From the IMG/VR virus record IMGVR_UViG_3300042505_000848: a stretch of DNA of 56,047 nucleotides, one strand, 5' to 3'. Source of the stretch: an uncultured virus (IMG/VR IMGVR_UViG_3300042505_000848). Taxonomy: Duplodnaviria > Heunggongvirae > Uroviricota > Caudoviricetes. Positions within the stretch are counted from its first letter, which is position 1. Each line of letters starts with the position of its first letter. Shown piece by piece: positions 43,806-52,826 of this stretch. The notes below the pieces were generated by a model, which saw only the letters and a program-made list of their open reading frames with translations, had not been told where the DNA came from and did no database searches. Both the position numbers and the translations under genes were made by a program.

Positions 43806-45758
43806 TTAAACTGTTTCTGGTAATTTGCCGCCGATAGCAACAAATTTATTTTCTAAATCAAAAATGTCAACAGTATCGGAACCAATTACTTTATCATCTT
43901 GCTTTTTTTGTTTTATTATCGAACGCGACACATCTTCTGAAACTTGTAGTTCTCGTGCAAAAATATAAGTATCTAAGAAATCACTATTGGTGCTTACACC
44001 AAACTCGTCAAAAGTCATTTTTTCTTGTGCAATGCGACTTCTGCAGATCATTACCCACAATAAAGAATTTTTTAGAACTTCAGTTTTAGACATTTGTTTA
44101 GCTGTTTCAAAATATAGTTCAGGATCTGGGAGTTTAGAAACAGCTTGGGTTGCAATCTTTTCAATACTTTTATAATTAGGATTATAGATAAGAAGATCTC
44201 TGCCGTTATCCCCACCTTTTTCAATTAACCAGCCAAAATTATCTTTAATTTGATAAGTTTTAATTTCGTCGTCTGTGGCTTCTCGATATTGAGGAATATC
44301 AGGCTGTGTAAACTGAGGATTTTTAAAGTTCTTTTGAACAGCCCTTTTTACTCCGGAGCCGGGTTGCGCGGGGTGATTGTTCCCTTGTCCTTGTGTTCTT
44401 TTAGAAACAATCCCTTGATTAATAGAAGGTTTTCCAAGTAAGGGACGATCAAGATCCATATATTTTGAAAACATATCTCTTAAAACTTCGTCAAGATCCG
44501 TTTTAAAATCTTTCTTAGTTTCTTTAGCTTTTTCTTTGTACCACTCAGGCATGTTTGCTTGAATCATACGAAGATTCTCGTCACTGTCAAACGCTAATTC
44601 TCCAGTTTCTTTTTGCAAGGTCACACGGTACTTGTCTGTAATTACAGCACGATCTGGCAATTCTACAAAAATACGGAAATGACTAAATTTATCTTGTATC
44701 CCTAATCTAAAGGCAATAGTTTTCCAATTTCGGTGAGTATTAACCTGGGTATCGTATATTTCGTCTCGCCACACAAATCCACTAAATGCAGTAGTCCAAC
44801 TTGGACCATTTAAAAAATTATTAGACGCAGGATCGTCCGATCTTTCATATCCAGCTCCGATCGGAGCATCGTAGAAGTAATGTATCTTAATACCATCTAC
44901 AGTTTCTACAGTTTCTAATCGAGGATCCTCGCCTCCAAACACAGATGCTCGTTTTGGATTTTGTTGTGCCTTTTCAAAAGCTTCAAGAAATGTTATAAAA
45001 GTGCTAGTTGCACCTTTATCTCCCGATTCATTGTTAGCACTTGGGTCAATTTTGATTTTAATATTATCAGGTAGTCTAAAATATCGTTTACATAGATTTT
45101 CTTTAATGTGTCCTGCATTGACTTTTTTACGTTCTTCACCGTCAGGACCAAATCCAAAAGTGTTCAAATAAGTATCTTGATTTACCTCTCGACCTAAAAT
45201 AATAACTTCTGTAAAATCTTGACTAAGGTCGTAATTTCGATCGTTAGAGTTTTCGTTTATCCAATCTGTACATTCTAAAATCGGATATCCCTGACCATCT
45301 TCGGAGTAGGCAACGATATTAAAATCAATACCATTAGTGTACTCTTTGCCTAACCAAGCAAAGTGTCCCTTTCCCTCTTTATATGTGATAATTAGTAAAT
45401 CACTCCAGTTAAGCACTGAAGTTTTAATACCGACACCGTAATTTGCATTAAGGCTGGCGGTTTTTCCGCTGCCGCCAAGTTTAAGTGCTTTTACCAGTTC
45501 AGTAGCTGTCATTCCACCTAGGTTAAGCACTGATAATTTATTTTTAAACTTATCTAACCCACCTTGATCTATTAATCCGTTAAGATGGAGTTTCCTTATC
45601 TTAATTTCTGCCGATTTGATATTTTTGTTGGAAATATAACTTTTGGTAGCTTCGAGAGCATTTTGAACTGCTTCACGGTACCACATCCACTCTGGATGAT
45701 CTTTCACTAATAGACTGGTTATAACACCAGAATTGTCTACGCCAATTGTATAACTCAT
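43806..45758 (-). CDS. GHKL (MORC/Hsp90-like) ATPase domain protein
   Basis: REAVQNALEA (N-box), NLGGMT (G1), SGK...NYGVGIK (G2). Confidence 0.75.
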   Translation of the reverse strand: MSYTIGVDNSGVITSLLVKDHPEWMWYREAVQNALEATKSYISNKNIKSAEIKIRKLHLNGLIDQGGLDKFKNKLSVLNLGGMTATELVKALKLGGSGKTASLNANYGVGIKTSVLNWSDLLIITYKEGKGHFAWLGKEYTNGIDFNIVAYSEDGQGYPILECTDWINENSNDRNYDLSQDFTEVIILGREVNQDTYLNTFGFGPDGEERKKVNAGHIKENLCKRYFRLPDNIKIKIDPSANNESGDKGATSTFITFLEAFEKAQQNPKRASVFGGEDPRLETVETVDGIKIHYFYDAPIGAGYERSDDPASNNFLNGPSWTTAFSGFVWRDEIYDTQVNTHRNWKTIAFRLGIQDKFSHFRIFVELPDRAVITDKYRVTLQKETGELAFDSDENLRMIQANMPEWYKEKAKETKKDFKTDLDEVLRDMFSKYMDLDRPLLGKPSINQGIVSKRTQGQGNNHPAQPGSGVKRAVQKNFKNPQFTQPDIPQYREATDDEIKTYQIKDNFGWLIEKGGDNGRDLLIYNPNYKSIEKIATQAVSKLPDPELYFETAKQMSKTEVLKNSLLWVMICRSRIAQEKMTFDEFGVSTNSDFLDTYIFARELQVSEDVSRSIIKQKKQDDKVIGSDTVDIFDLENKFVAIGGKLPETV

Positions 45759-45937
45759 TTTAATTTTCCTTGTTTAAGTTTCTTGTACTCTGTTACGCAT
45801 TGAACTGAGATTAACAAGTATGTTATTATACCTATTGATCTAATCTTAGACGCAACAAGTATAATATAACATAGTATACAACAAACTCCAACATAAATAC
45901 AAGAGTGAGATTTACCAAAATATCGAATATTTTGTTC

Positions 45938-46070
45938 AAAATAAAAGGCACCTAGTGCCTTTGCCAAACTTAATTGGATTAGTCTAACCATTTTGCCTCG
46001 CAAGGCTCACCCCTAAGGTTCTTTACTGGTTTGCATATAGTCGTATACTCGCTATGCGAGCAAATTACTT
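45938..46070 (-). ncRNA. Candidate late small RNA (TAAATA promoter to terminator)
   Basis: TAAATA at 46075-46080; hairpins GCTCGC/GCGAGT and GCCT/AGGC; terminator AAAGGCAC/GTGCCTTT plus U-tract. Confidence 0.45.
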
Positions 46071-46136
46071 AGTCTATTTAGGGTATGAAGTTACTGGTTA
46101 CGGATTCCAGCGATACCTTTTATCTTGTATCCGATT

Positions 46137-46847
46137 TTAATTCCAATATCTAGATGAATCTAATCGATCCCAGTAGGCTTTGTTATTGCGATTAACGAAG
46201 TTCTTGATTAGGTATTTGGCCATGCCCAAGTATCCCATCTTCTTAAATCTGCGACTGTCTTGTCCAAAGTGATGACGTATAATTCTAAACTTCTTAGGGC
46301 TGTATTTGCGAGACAAGAAGAAATCTTCACTTGTTGAAAACTGTTCAGGGAAGCCGCCATATTCTTCAAAGCGATCTCTGCGTGTCAGCATGAACGCTCC
46401 TACAGCAAAAGGACTAAAGTATTTCAATGCATGATTGATTAGATTAAATGCCGTGAATCCAATCTTTGCTCGTAGGTCCTTGTCATAGCACTTGATGTTT
46501 AGACCAATAAGATCTAGGTTCTTGCTTTCTATTAGATCAACAGCATCTCGTATCACAGTATCTTTAAAGAAACGAACGTCAGCATCGATGAACAATATGT
46601 AAGGTGTAGTTACCAAACGTGCTCCATTGTTCTTAGCAACAGATACTGGACCACCGTCGATGACTTCAACATTCAGTTCGTCCTTCATTATTTCTATAAC
46701 TTCTCGAGTGCGATCTGTAGAACAATCAGCAATAATAATTTTAGTATCGCCTATCGATTGCTGACGTAGGTGCATTAATAAATGTGCAATATAGTTTTCC
46801 TCATTTTTGCAAGGAACCACAATGGTAATTTTTTCACTAAGTTTCAT
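46137..46847 (-). CDS. Glycosyltransferase family 2
   Basis: IVVPCKNEE, DCSTD, FIDAD, EDFFL. Confidence 0.92.
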   Translation of the reverse strand: MKLSEKITIVVPCKNEENYIAHLLMHLRQQSIGDTKIIIADCSTDRTREVIEIMKDELNVEVIDGGPVSVAKNNGARLVTTPYILFIDADVRFFKDTVIRDAVDLIESKNLDLIGLNIKCYDKDLRAKIGFTAFNLINHALKYFSPFAVGAFMLTRRDRFEEYGGFPEQFSTSEDFFLSRKYSPKKFRIIRHHFGQDSRRFKKMGYLGMAKYLIKNFVNRNNKAYWDRLDSSRYWN

Positions 46848-47014
46848 TTCTTTACACACTTCCCTTCAATTTTAAATTGACTAAACTTCAACCAATAGGT
46901 CATAGATTGTAAACTTTGTTCACAGGCTGTTTGATTCTGGAACATCAATTCTATTCGTCCTGGTATGTCTTGCGGATTGTTTGTGTGTACCGCTATTAAT
47001 ATCATTATCCACAT
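46844..47014 (-). CDS. Small hypothetical protein, 56 aa (MWIMILIAVH...)
   Basis: AAGGAGA RBS; ATGA coupling to the GT2 gene. Confidence 0.55.
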   Translation of the reverse strand: MWIMILIAVHTNNPQDIPGRIELMFQNQTACEQSLQSMTYWLKFSQFKIEGKCVKK

Positions 47015-47768
47015 TGTCGCTCTCCTTGGTCCAAGTTACGACTTCCCAACGACCATCATGGTGCTCTACAAGTGCTGTGCATGATTCAACCCAGTCGCCG
47101 TCGTTCATATAGATAACGCCGTCGATTTCTTTAATTTCTGCATGGTGTATATGCCCACAGATAACACCATCGAACCCACGTTTTCTGCAATAGGCTACTA
47201 GATTCTTTTCAAACTGGAATATAAAGTCTACGGCCTTTTTAACACGGGCTTTGAGATACTTGCTCAGGCTCCAATAGCCAAAACCCATGCGGTGACGTAG
47301 CCAATTGAACTTGCTGTTGGCAGACAGGATAAAGTCATAGGCCTTGTCGCCAAGAAATGCCAGCCAAGGTGCCAGACGGGTAATACCGTCAAACAAATCC
47401 CCGTGTGTGACTAGATAGTGTTTGGTGTCAACACCTATGTGCTCTATTTGATTTACGATTTCAATGTTGCCAAAGTTAATACCATAGGGCATTAAGGGGC
47501 GGAGAAATTCATCGTGATTGCCTGCTACGTAGATTACTCTGGTGCCACGTTTGGCATGTCCGAGTATACGTCTTACAACGTTGGTATGACTCTGCTTCCA
47601 ACGCCATTTGTTTTGTTGTATGCGCCACACATCTAATATATCCCCAACGAGATAAAGTGTTTCGCAGGTATTGTGTTTGAGGAAGTTGTTGAGCTTGTCT
47701 GCTTGACAATCCCTAGTCCCTAAATGTACATCAGATATAAAAATAGAGCGATAAGTTTTGGCTGTCAT
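46920..47768 (-). CDS. LpxH-like metallophosphoesterase (UDP-2,3-diacylglucosamine hydrolase family)
   Basis: SDVHLG, GDILD, GNHD, HGD, CGHIH, NDGDWVES. Confidence 0.88.
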   Translation of the reverse strand: MTAKTYRSIFISDVHLGTRDCQADKLNNFLKHNTCETLYLVGDILDVWRIQQNKWRWKQSHTNVVRRILGHAKRGTRVIYVAGNHDEFLRPLMPYGINFGNIEIVNQIEHIGVDTKHYLVTHGDLFDGITRLAPWLAFLGDKAYDFILSANSKFNWLRHRMGFGYWSLSKYLKARVKKAVDFIFQFEKNLVAYCRKRGFDGVICGHIHHAEIKEIDGVIYMNDGDWVESCTALVEHHDGRWEVVTWTKESDNVDNDINSGTHKQSARHTRTNRIDVPESNSL

Positions 47769-47837
47769 AGCCATATTTATCGCTCTAAGGTGTGTGTAAT
47801 GTTACAGTTGTGTTAAATCTGTACCAAGGTCTATTTA

Positions 47838-48344
47838 TTAACTGTTTAACACTTTTGCCACCGAATTCATTACACTGGCGATACGTCCAATGTCACGAAG
47901 TTGTTCTACTGTATAGCCTTCTGCCTTGAGTGTTTCGTAATGTGCCTTAACACAGAAGTGACACTTGCCCACAATGCTTGCTGCCAAACTGAATGCTTCA
48001 AAATTGGCCTTGGTTGTGCCGCCATGGCTGGCAATAGCGTTCATGCGTAACTGAGCCGGCAAGCCTTTGAGTGCAGGATCTTCGGCCATTTCAACATAGG
48101 GATACCATACATTGTTTTGTGCCATAATGCTGGCAGCAGTCATTGCGGCATCTGCGTGAACAGGAGCATCAGCCAACATAACAGCCAACACCTTTCCGTT
48201 GCCAGTTGCAGCCAATGCAGCCACAGCACAGCCCATGGCCACATCAGCATCCAATGTGCTACGCAAAAGAACAGCGTCAAGATTTAACTTAGTGTCCTTA
48301 GCATAGTCGGGCAATGCACCCTTTACTGTTTCAATAAAACTCAT
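47838..48344 (-). CDS. ahpD: Alkyl hydroperoxide reductase AhpD
   Basis: PDYAKDTKLNL; CHFCVKAH. Confidence 0.92.
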   Translation of the reverse strand: MSFIETVKGALPDYAKDTKLNLDAVLLRSTLDADVAMGCAVAALAATGNGKVLAVMLADAPVHADAAMTAASIMAQNNVWYPYVEMAEDPALKGLPAQLRMNAIASHGGTTKANFEAFSLAASIVGKCHFCVKAHYETLKAEGYTVEQLRDIGRIASVMNSVAKVLNS

Positions 48345-48345
48345 T

Positions 48346-48981
48346 TTAATATTTTCCTGATGCTAATACGATTTGACAAATATGTTCTAATCGTTCAATG
48401 TGTTCAAATGCTCTCCACGGGCTTGTATCAATTGCAACTACTCCGTGTCCTTTAATACCTACAATGTCAAAACCAATTGTACCATCTTTACGAAGCCACA
48501 GATTTTCGTGACAACGATCAGCAAGTTCTTGACTGATAGGAGGCACATCTCCCACGTTCTTTGCTACCTTAGTATAACGGTTTAGTTCTGGGAACTCTTC
48601 ACTAATAGTGCTTAGATCAATCCCGGCATGCATGGCCGCAATACAATATGTAGGATGTAAATGAACAACTACTCTGACTTCATTGCTGTGTTGACCCATC
48701 TTCTTTTGTAAACCAAAGTGTAGAGGAATCTCGCCGCTGGGTTTTAGTTTTTCACTAATGTCAGTGTAAGGTAGTTCATGCCAGGTATAACGATCAACAG
48801 GTTGATACATAATACCAATCTTCTTGAACTGATCAGGTTGCATAGTCTGCTTACGGACGCCGCTGGGTGTGATGTAGAAATGATCACGGTCGTGATGACG
48901 AATGCTGACATTGCCATCACGACTGGTAATCCAGTTGCGTCTATATGCTTCAACTAATGTATCGCAGATAGTTTCTAACAT
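48346..48981 (-). CDS. Class II aldolase/adducin family protein
   Basis: DGNVS, PSGE, HLH, GHGV. Confidence 0.88.
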   Translation of the reverse strand: MLETICDTLVEAYRRNWITSRDGNVSIRHHDRDHFYITPSGVRKQTMQPDQFKKIGIMYQPVDRYTWHELPYTDISEKLKPSGEIPLHFGLQKKMGQHSNEVRVVVHLHPTYCIAAMHAGIDLSTISEEFPELNRYTKVAKNVGDVPPISQELADRCHENLWLRKDGTIGFDIVGIKGHGVVAIDTSPWRAFEHIERLEHICQIVLASGKY

Positions 48982-49193
48982 TACTTGTTTCCGATACCGA
49001 AGTATTTTTGCAACACTTCTAGCTTATCTTCATACTCTGCAATATGCGCAATTTCAGTTTCTACAGCACCCATCCAGTCAGTGTGATCGTGTATTGCCAT
49101 AGGATTATTCAACATGACTTCTACATTCATCTTGTGTTTGATAATCTGTGCTGTAAAGTTTGCTTCTAATGCTTTAAGTAATTGTTCTTTCAT
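48981..49193 (-). CDS. Conserved small phage protein
   Basis: NVEVMLNNPMAIHDH. Confidence 0.7.
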   Translation of the reverse strand: MKEQLLKALEANFTAQIIKHKMNVEVMLNNPMAIHDHTDWMGAVETEIAHIAEYEDKLEVLQKYFGIGNK

Positions 49194-49370
49194 TTATGCT
49201 CCTTGATAAAAGTTTAAGTTATCATCTTCAGCGAGCTCTGGAGTGTTCCAAACATTACGATTGTTCCATTCACGAATACGATCCAATCGTTCTTGTTCTG
49301 TCATTTCATAACATCTAGGATTACGATCAGGCTGTCGCAGTGTGTCAATGCCTCGTTGAAGTTTAAACAT
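49194..49370 (-). CDS. Small hypothetical protein, 58 aa
   Basis: TAATG-coupled to ahpC; translated by hand. Confidence 0.5.
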   Translation of the reverse strand: MFKLQRGIDTLRQPDRNPRCYEMTEQERLDRIREWNNRNVWNTPELAEDDNLNFYQGA

Positions 49371-49909
49371 TACAGAGTCTCGCCGCCAACTGTGCGGTTA
49401 CATGCACAGAGTTCACCAGTTTGTAACGCATCCAATACACGAAGTGTTTCTTCTGGGCTACGACCAACGTTCAAGTTGTTAACAGTAACGTGCTGGATTT
49501 CGTTGTTAGGGTCAACGATGAATGTTGCACGAAGTGCAGCACCTGCTGGAGCATAGAATACTCCCAACTGTTCAATCAAACTCAACTCGCCACGCTGTGT
49601 GTCAGCGAACTGTGTGTGAGTGATCTTCTTCAAATCAGCGTGTGCGTTCTGCCAGCTAACTTTACAGAACTCGTTGTCTGTGCTACCTGTTAGCAATACA
49701 GCATCGCGATCGGCGAAGTCACCTGCTAATTTGTCGTAGGCTACGATTTCTGTAGGGCATACAAATGTAAAGTCCTTTGGATAGTAAACGATCACTTTCC
49801 ACTTACCTGGGAAACTCTCATCTGTGATGTCAAAGAACGCATCTTCTGGTTGTCCTGGCTTAACACCTGTGACTGTAAATGGGGCTAATTTATCGCCAAC
49901 TGTTTTCAT
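49370..49909 (-). CDS. ahpC: Peroxiredoxin AhpC
   Basis: YPKDFTFVCPTE; GELC. Confidence 0.95.
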   Translation of the reverse strand: MKTVGDKLAPFTVTGVKPGQPEDAFFDITDESFPGKWKVIVYYPKDFTFVCPTEIVAYDKLAGDFADRDAVLLTGSTDNEFCKVSWQNAHADLKKITHTQFADTQRGELSLIEQLGVFYAPAGAALRATFIVDPNNEIQHVTVNNLNVGRSPEETLRVLDALQTGELCACNRTVGGETL

Positions 49910-50053
49910 ATCTTCTCCTTGTGTGTGTTGAAAACTAACTCTTCAGTGTTTATACTGATATACTATTATAATAGTATTTAACTTGGAAATCAACCTTTTT
50001 AATAGATTCGTCCAATAATTATTTCAATGACGATTATAGGAAAAATTAATATC

Positions 50054-50080
50054 AAAAAGAAACCCGCCGAAGCGGGTTCT
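50054..50080 (-). terminator. tmRNA terminator
   Basis: AACCCGC-TTCG-GCGGGTT followed by a U-tract. Confidence 0.9.
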
Positions 50081-50445
50081 GCTATTTTTGATTACAAGGT
50101 ATAACTACCTCGGACCGCTGTTTTTTAGGCAGCTAGAGCAAATCTGCTTTCATTAGCAGCACCGCGAACGGTGTTACCAGTGAAGCTCATTGCGCTGAAG
50201 TCAAATGTATTTGCGTTTGCATTTACGTGTTTTGCTTGATTTACAGTCATCGCCTACTGTGTTGCCTTCTCCACTATCTCACCCTGTCGAAACCTTGACT
50301 GGCCCATCAGAAGCATACTTGGAAGATTTATTTACCGCTGACTATTACTCTTCCCCAGCGTCACTTTAGTATGCTTCTGGTGGACCAGGTGGGAGTCGAA
50401 CCCACGTCCAGAATGCCTTCACTTTGAAGGGATTACAACAATTCC
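50080..50445 (-). ncRNA. ssrA: Circularly permuted (two-piece) tmRNA
   Basis: Acceptor piece ...GGTTCGACTCCCACCTGGTCCACCA (ends 50378) precedes coding piece GGGCCAG...TTCGAC (starts 50305); G3:U70; tag ends FALAA-stop. Confidence 0.92.
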
Positions 50446-50649
50446 TTAAGCAGGCTGAATATTGCTGGCCTGCTGGCCTTTCTGCCCCTGAGTCACTTCA
50501 AACCTTACACTTTGTCCTTCTTGTAGGCTCTTGAAGCCACTCGAATTAATCTGTGAAAAGTGAGCAAATAAGTCTGCGCCACCATCGTCCGGAGTAATGA
50601 ATCCAAAACCTTTGGCGTCGTTAAACCATTTTACTTTTCCTGTTACCAT
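50446..50649 (-). CDS. cspA: Cold-shock protein
   Basis: [15 protein letters not shown]...LFAHFS. Confidence 0.96.
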   Translation of the reverse strand: MVTGKVKWFNDAKGFGFITPDDGGADLFAHFSQINSSGFKSLQEGQSVRFEVTQGQKGQQASNIQPA

Positions 50650-50693
50650 TTTACTTTTTTCCTTGTGTTAAAAATGTTTATCTGTGTGTGTGA

Positions 50694-51113
50694 TTAAAAT
50701 TGATTGTTAAACCAACCAACTTTTTTACCTTCTGCAATGCGTTTTTCATATGCTTCTACACTTCCGGGCCATCTCCAGGCCCAAATTGCCACCAAGCACA
50801 TAAAGGCTGCTGTATATAGTATACCACGAGTAGGCACATTTGTCAACCACATGATTATCAAACTGCTGCTCATCATGGCCAACATAAAGTATTTCATCTT
50901 GGTTGGGAATACCCTGCGCTCATTCCAATTAGTCAAGAATGGGCCGAATATTTTGTGGTTGTATAACCAGGCATGCATGGTAGGCGACCCTTTGGCAAAA
51001 CAGTATGCGGCAAACACCACAAATATACTGTAGGGTATGCCGGGAGTGATTAATCCAATATAGGCCATGCCTAGGCTAAGAAACCCTAGTATTTTCCAAA
51101 ATAATTTTTTCAT
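50694..51113 (-). CDS. YbaN/DUF454 inner membrane protein
   Basis: IGLITPGIP...CFAKGSPTMHAWL...FGPFL. Confidence 0.85.
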   Translation of the reverse strand: MKKLFWKILGFLSLGMAYIGLITPGIPYSIFVVFAAYCFAKGSPTMHAWLYNHKIFGPFLTNWNERRVFPTKMKYFMLAMMSSSLIIMWLTNVPTRGILYTAAFMCLVAIWAWRWPGSVEAYEKRIAEGKKVGWFNNQF

Positions 51114-51114
51114 A

Positions 51115-52074
51115 TTATGCTGCCACCACTCTGTTAGATATTGCACCAACAATAATATCGGAGTGTAAATTTGGTGTAAATTTTCCGCCTGCTGCACCAT
51201 TCAGTGTTGCTAATTTATTTTGAGACGGTGTTTTCTTGCCTCCATTCGGCAATCCCGGAATTGCATAACTCACGTGTATCCACACAGTCTTGTTTGGTAG
51301 ATATTCCAACAGCAGTTGATCGTAGGGAATGTTTTTACTAATCCATACAGCAATATCAAAATAATCGTGTGCGCCCACTCCTCTAAACTGTAGGTCCATG
51401 GCCTGACCGGTGCCGTGTTGGCTTTTAGGATCGTTGTGTCTAAAACTATTGGTTATGGTTGCGTTTGGATATTTGGCCTTGACAGGTTCCCAAACATTTA
51501 ATGCCAGTGCCGCTAGATTATTGACCACCGCACTTGGGCCGCTGACTGAAGGTGCGCATTGTGCTAGTTGAGGAATGGTTCTAGGAAAGGTAACTGCCTT
51601 TATCATTGTACCTAGTGTGGTGCCGTTGGGTGTTAGAACAGTAGCAAAACTTATGTCGCCAGTAACTGCCGCAGCGTCCCGCCCTTGAACCGGCGCACCA
51701 GGACCTACACCATCTGTTTTAGGAGTCGGAGTTGTAGTAATAATCTTGTATTCTTCAGCAGTAATTCTACCTTCTGCGAGAAATTGATCAGCTTGAGCTT
51801 TGCCCGCGGTATTATCGTCATCACCTTCTACGTTCTGCACAGCTGCTGTCACAGTGACCTTGGGCACAGTGGTAGCTGTGAATGTTCCCGGTGTTGTGGC
51901 TGCATCATACAGAGCAATTTCAACACCATTGGCAAAAACATTAAAGGGATTATATAGGGGTTCTTGACGACTTAGTGTTCCGGCTGCATGATTATGCGGT
52001 ACAAGAAAATGTCCACCAACACTACTAGATCCCGCGCCGGGGGTGGTCGACTGTGTGGTAGGAGTAGTTGCCAT
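51115..52074 (-). CDS. Late protein with C-terminal peptidase M15-type domain
   Basis: SFRH...SQHGTGQAMD...WIHVS. Confidence 0.75.
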   Translation of the reverse strand: MATTPTTQSTTPGAGSSSVGGHFLVPHNHAAGTLSRQEPLYNPFNVFANGVEIALYDAATTPGTFTATTVPKVTVTAAVQNVEGDDDNTAGKAQADQFLAEGRITAEEYKIITTTPTPKTDGVGPGAPVQGRDAAAVTGDISFATVLTPNGTTLGTMIKAVTFPRTIPQLAQCAPSVSGPSAVVNNLAALALNVWEPVKAKYPNATITNSFRHNDPKSQHGTGQAMDLQFRGVGAHDYFDIAVWISKNIPYDQLLLEYLPNKTVWIHVSYAIPGLPNGGKKTPSQNKLATLNGAAGGKFTPNLHSDIIVGAISNRVVAA

Positions 52075-52081
52075 ACACTAT

Positions 52082-52372
52082 TTAAGCCAATGCAATACCA
52101 GTGGTCTGCTGTATGAACTGATCAGCAAACTGTTTGTCTGTGGCTTCTGCCACTGCCACCACAGCTTTGGCTATTCTGATTTCTTTGCTGGGATCTACAG
52201 TAAACAGATAGGGCATTAACGCTGGACCTTTTGGACTCATGGCAATCACCATAGGATGAGCTAGTTTGTAGTGCATGATTTGATCATCAACCAGCTTTGC
52301 TACCAACTCTTCTCCACTGGTTAGTTTCACTGTGATCACTTCACCTACTGTTACGCCTTTGTCAATTAACAT
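52082..52372 (-). CDS. Sm-like small phage protein
   Basis: VKLTSGEELVAK motif. Confidence 0.6.
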   Translation of the reverse strand: MLIDKGVTVGEVITVKLTSGEELVAKLVDDQIMHYKLAHPMVIAMSPKGPALMPYLFTVDPSKEIRIAKAVVAVAEATDKQFADQFIQQTTGIALA

Positions 52373-52387
52373 TCTATTTTTCCTAGT

Positions 52388-52639
52388 TTAATATCCGCTA
52401 CCGTTAAATCCGGTTTCGTCGATGTATTTTCTTAATTCTGTAAATCCACCAATGGATGTTCCGTTGATGATAATTTGTGGCACTGTTCTAGCATTCGGAA
52501 CAGCTTCTAATAATTCTTCTCGAGTGTATCCATCTCCGATTTTACGTTCTTCAAATTTAATACCTTGTTGTTTCAATAATGCCTTGGCCTGATCACAATA
52601 GGGACAATTATACTTGCTCCATATAATAACTGGGTTCAT
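52388..52639 (-). CDS. Glutaredoxin
   Basis: CPYC, TVPQI, IGG. Confidence 0.95.
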   Translation of the reverse strand: MNPVIIWSKYNCPYCDQAKALLKQQGIKFEERKIGDGYTREELLEAVPNARTVPQIIINGTSIGGFTELRKYIDETGFNGSGY

Positions 52640-52652
52640 TTTGTTTCCTTTA

Positions 52653-52820
52653 TTAACCTGTGTATACAATACCGCCGTTCTTGTCTGTGACTCTGACCAG
52701 CAGCATGCCTTTGTTTTTATAACTCAGTGCTGCTGCTATGGCCGCCTGCTCATTGCCATAGTGTCCTATGGTAGTCCAAGATTCGTAGGGATTGCTTCTT
52801 TTGAACTGTGCTTTATACAT
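52653..52820 (-). CDS. Small hypothetical protein, 55 aa (MYKAQFKRSNPY...)
   Basis: Translated by hand; fills the nrdB-glutaredoxin gap. Confidence 0.6.
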   Translation of the reverse strand: MYKAQFKRSNPYESWTTIGHYGNEQAAIAAALSYKNKGMLLVRVTDKNGGIVYTG

Positions 52821-52826
52821 GATTTA

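Noticed and set aside
45755..46003. 82-aa ORF upstream of the GHKL gene
   Set aside because: It spans a terminator and an AT-rich promoter-like region, with a weak start and no RBS
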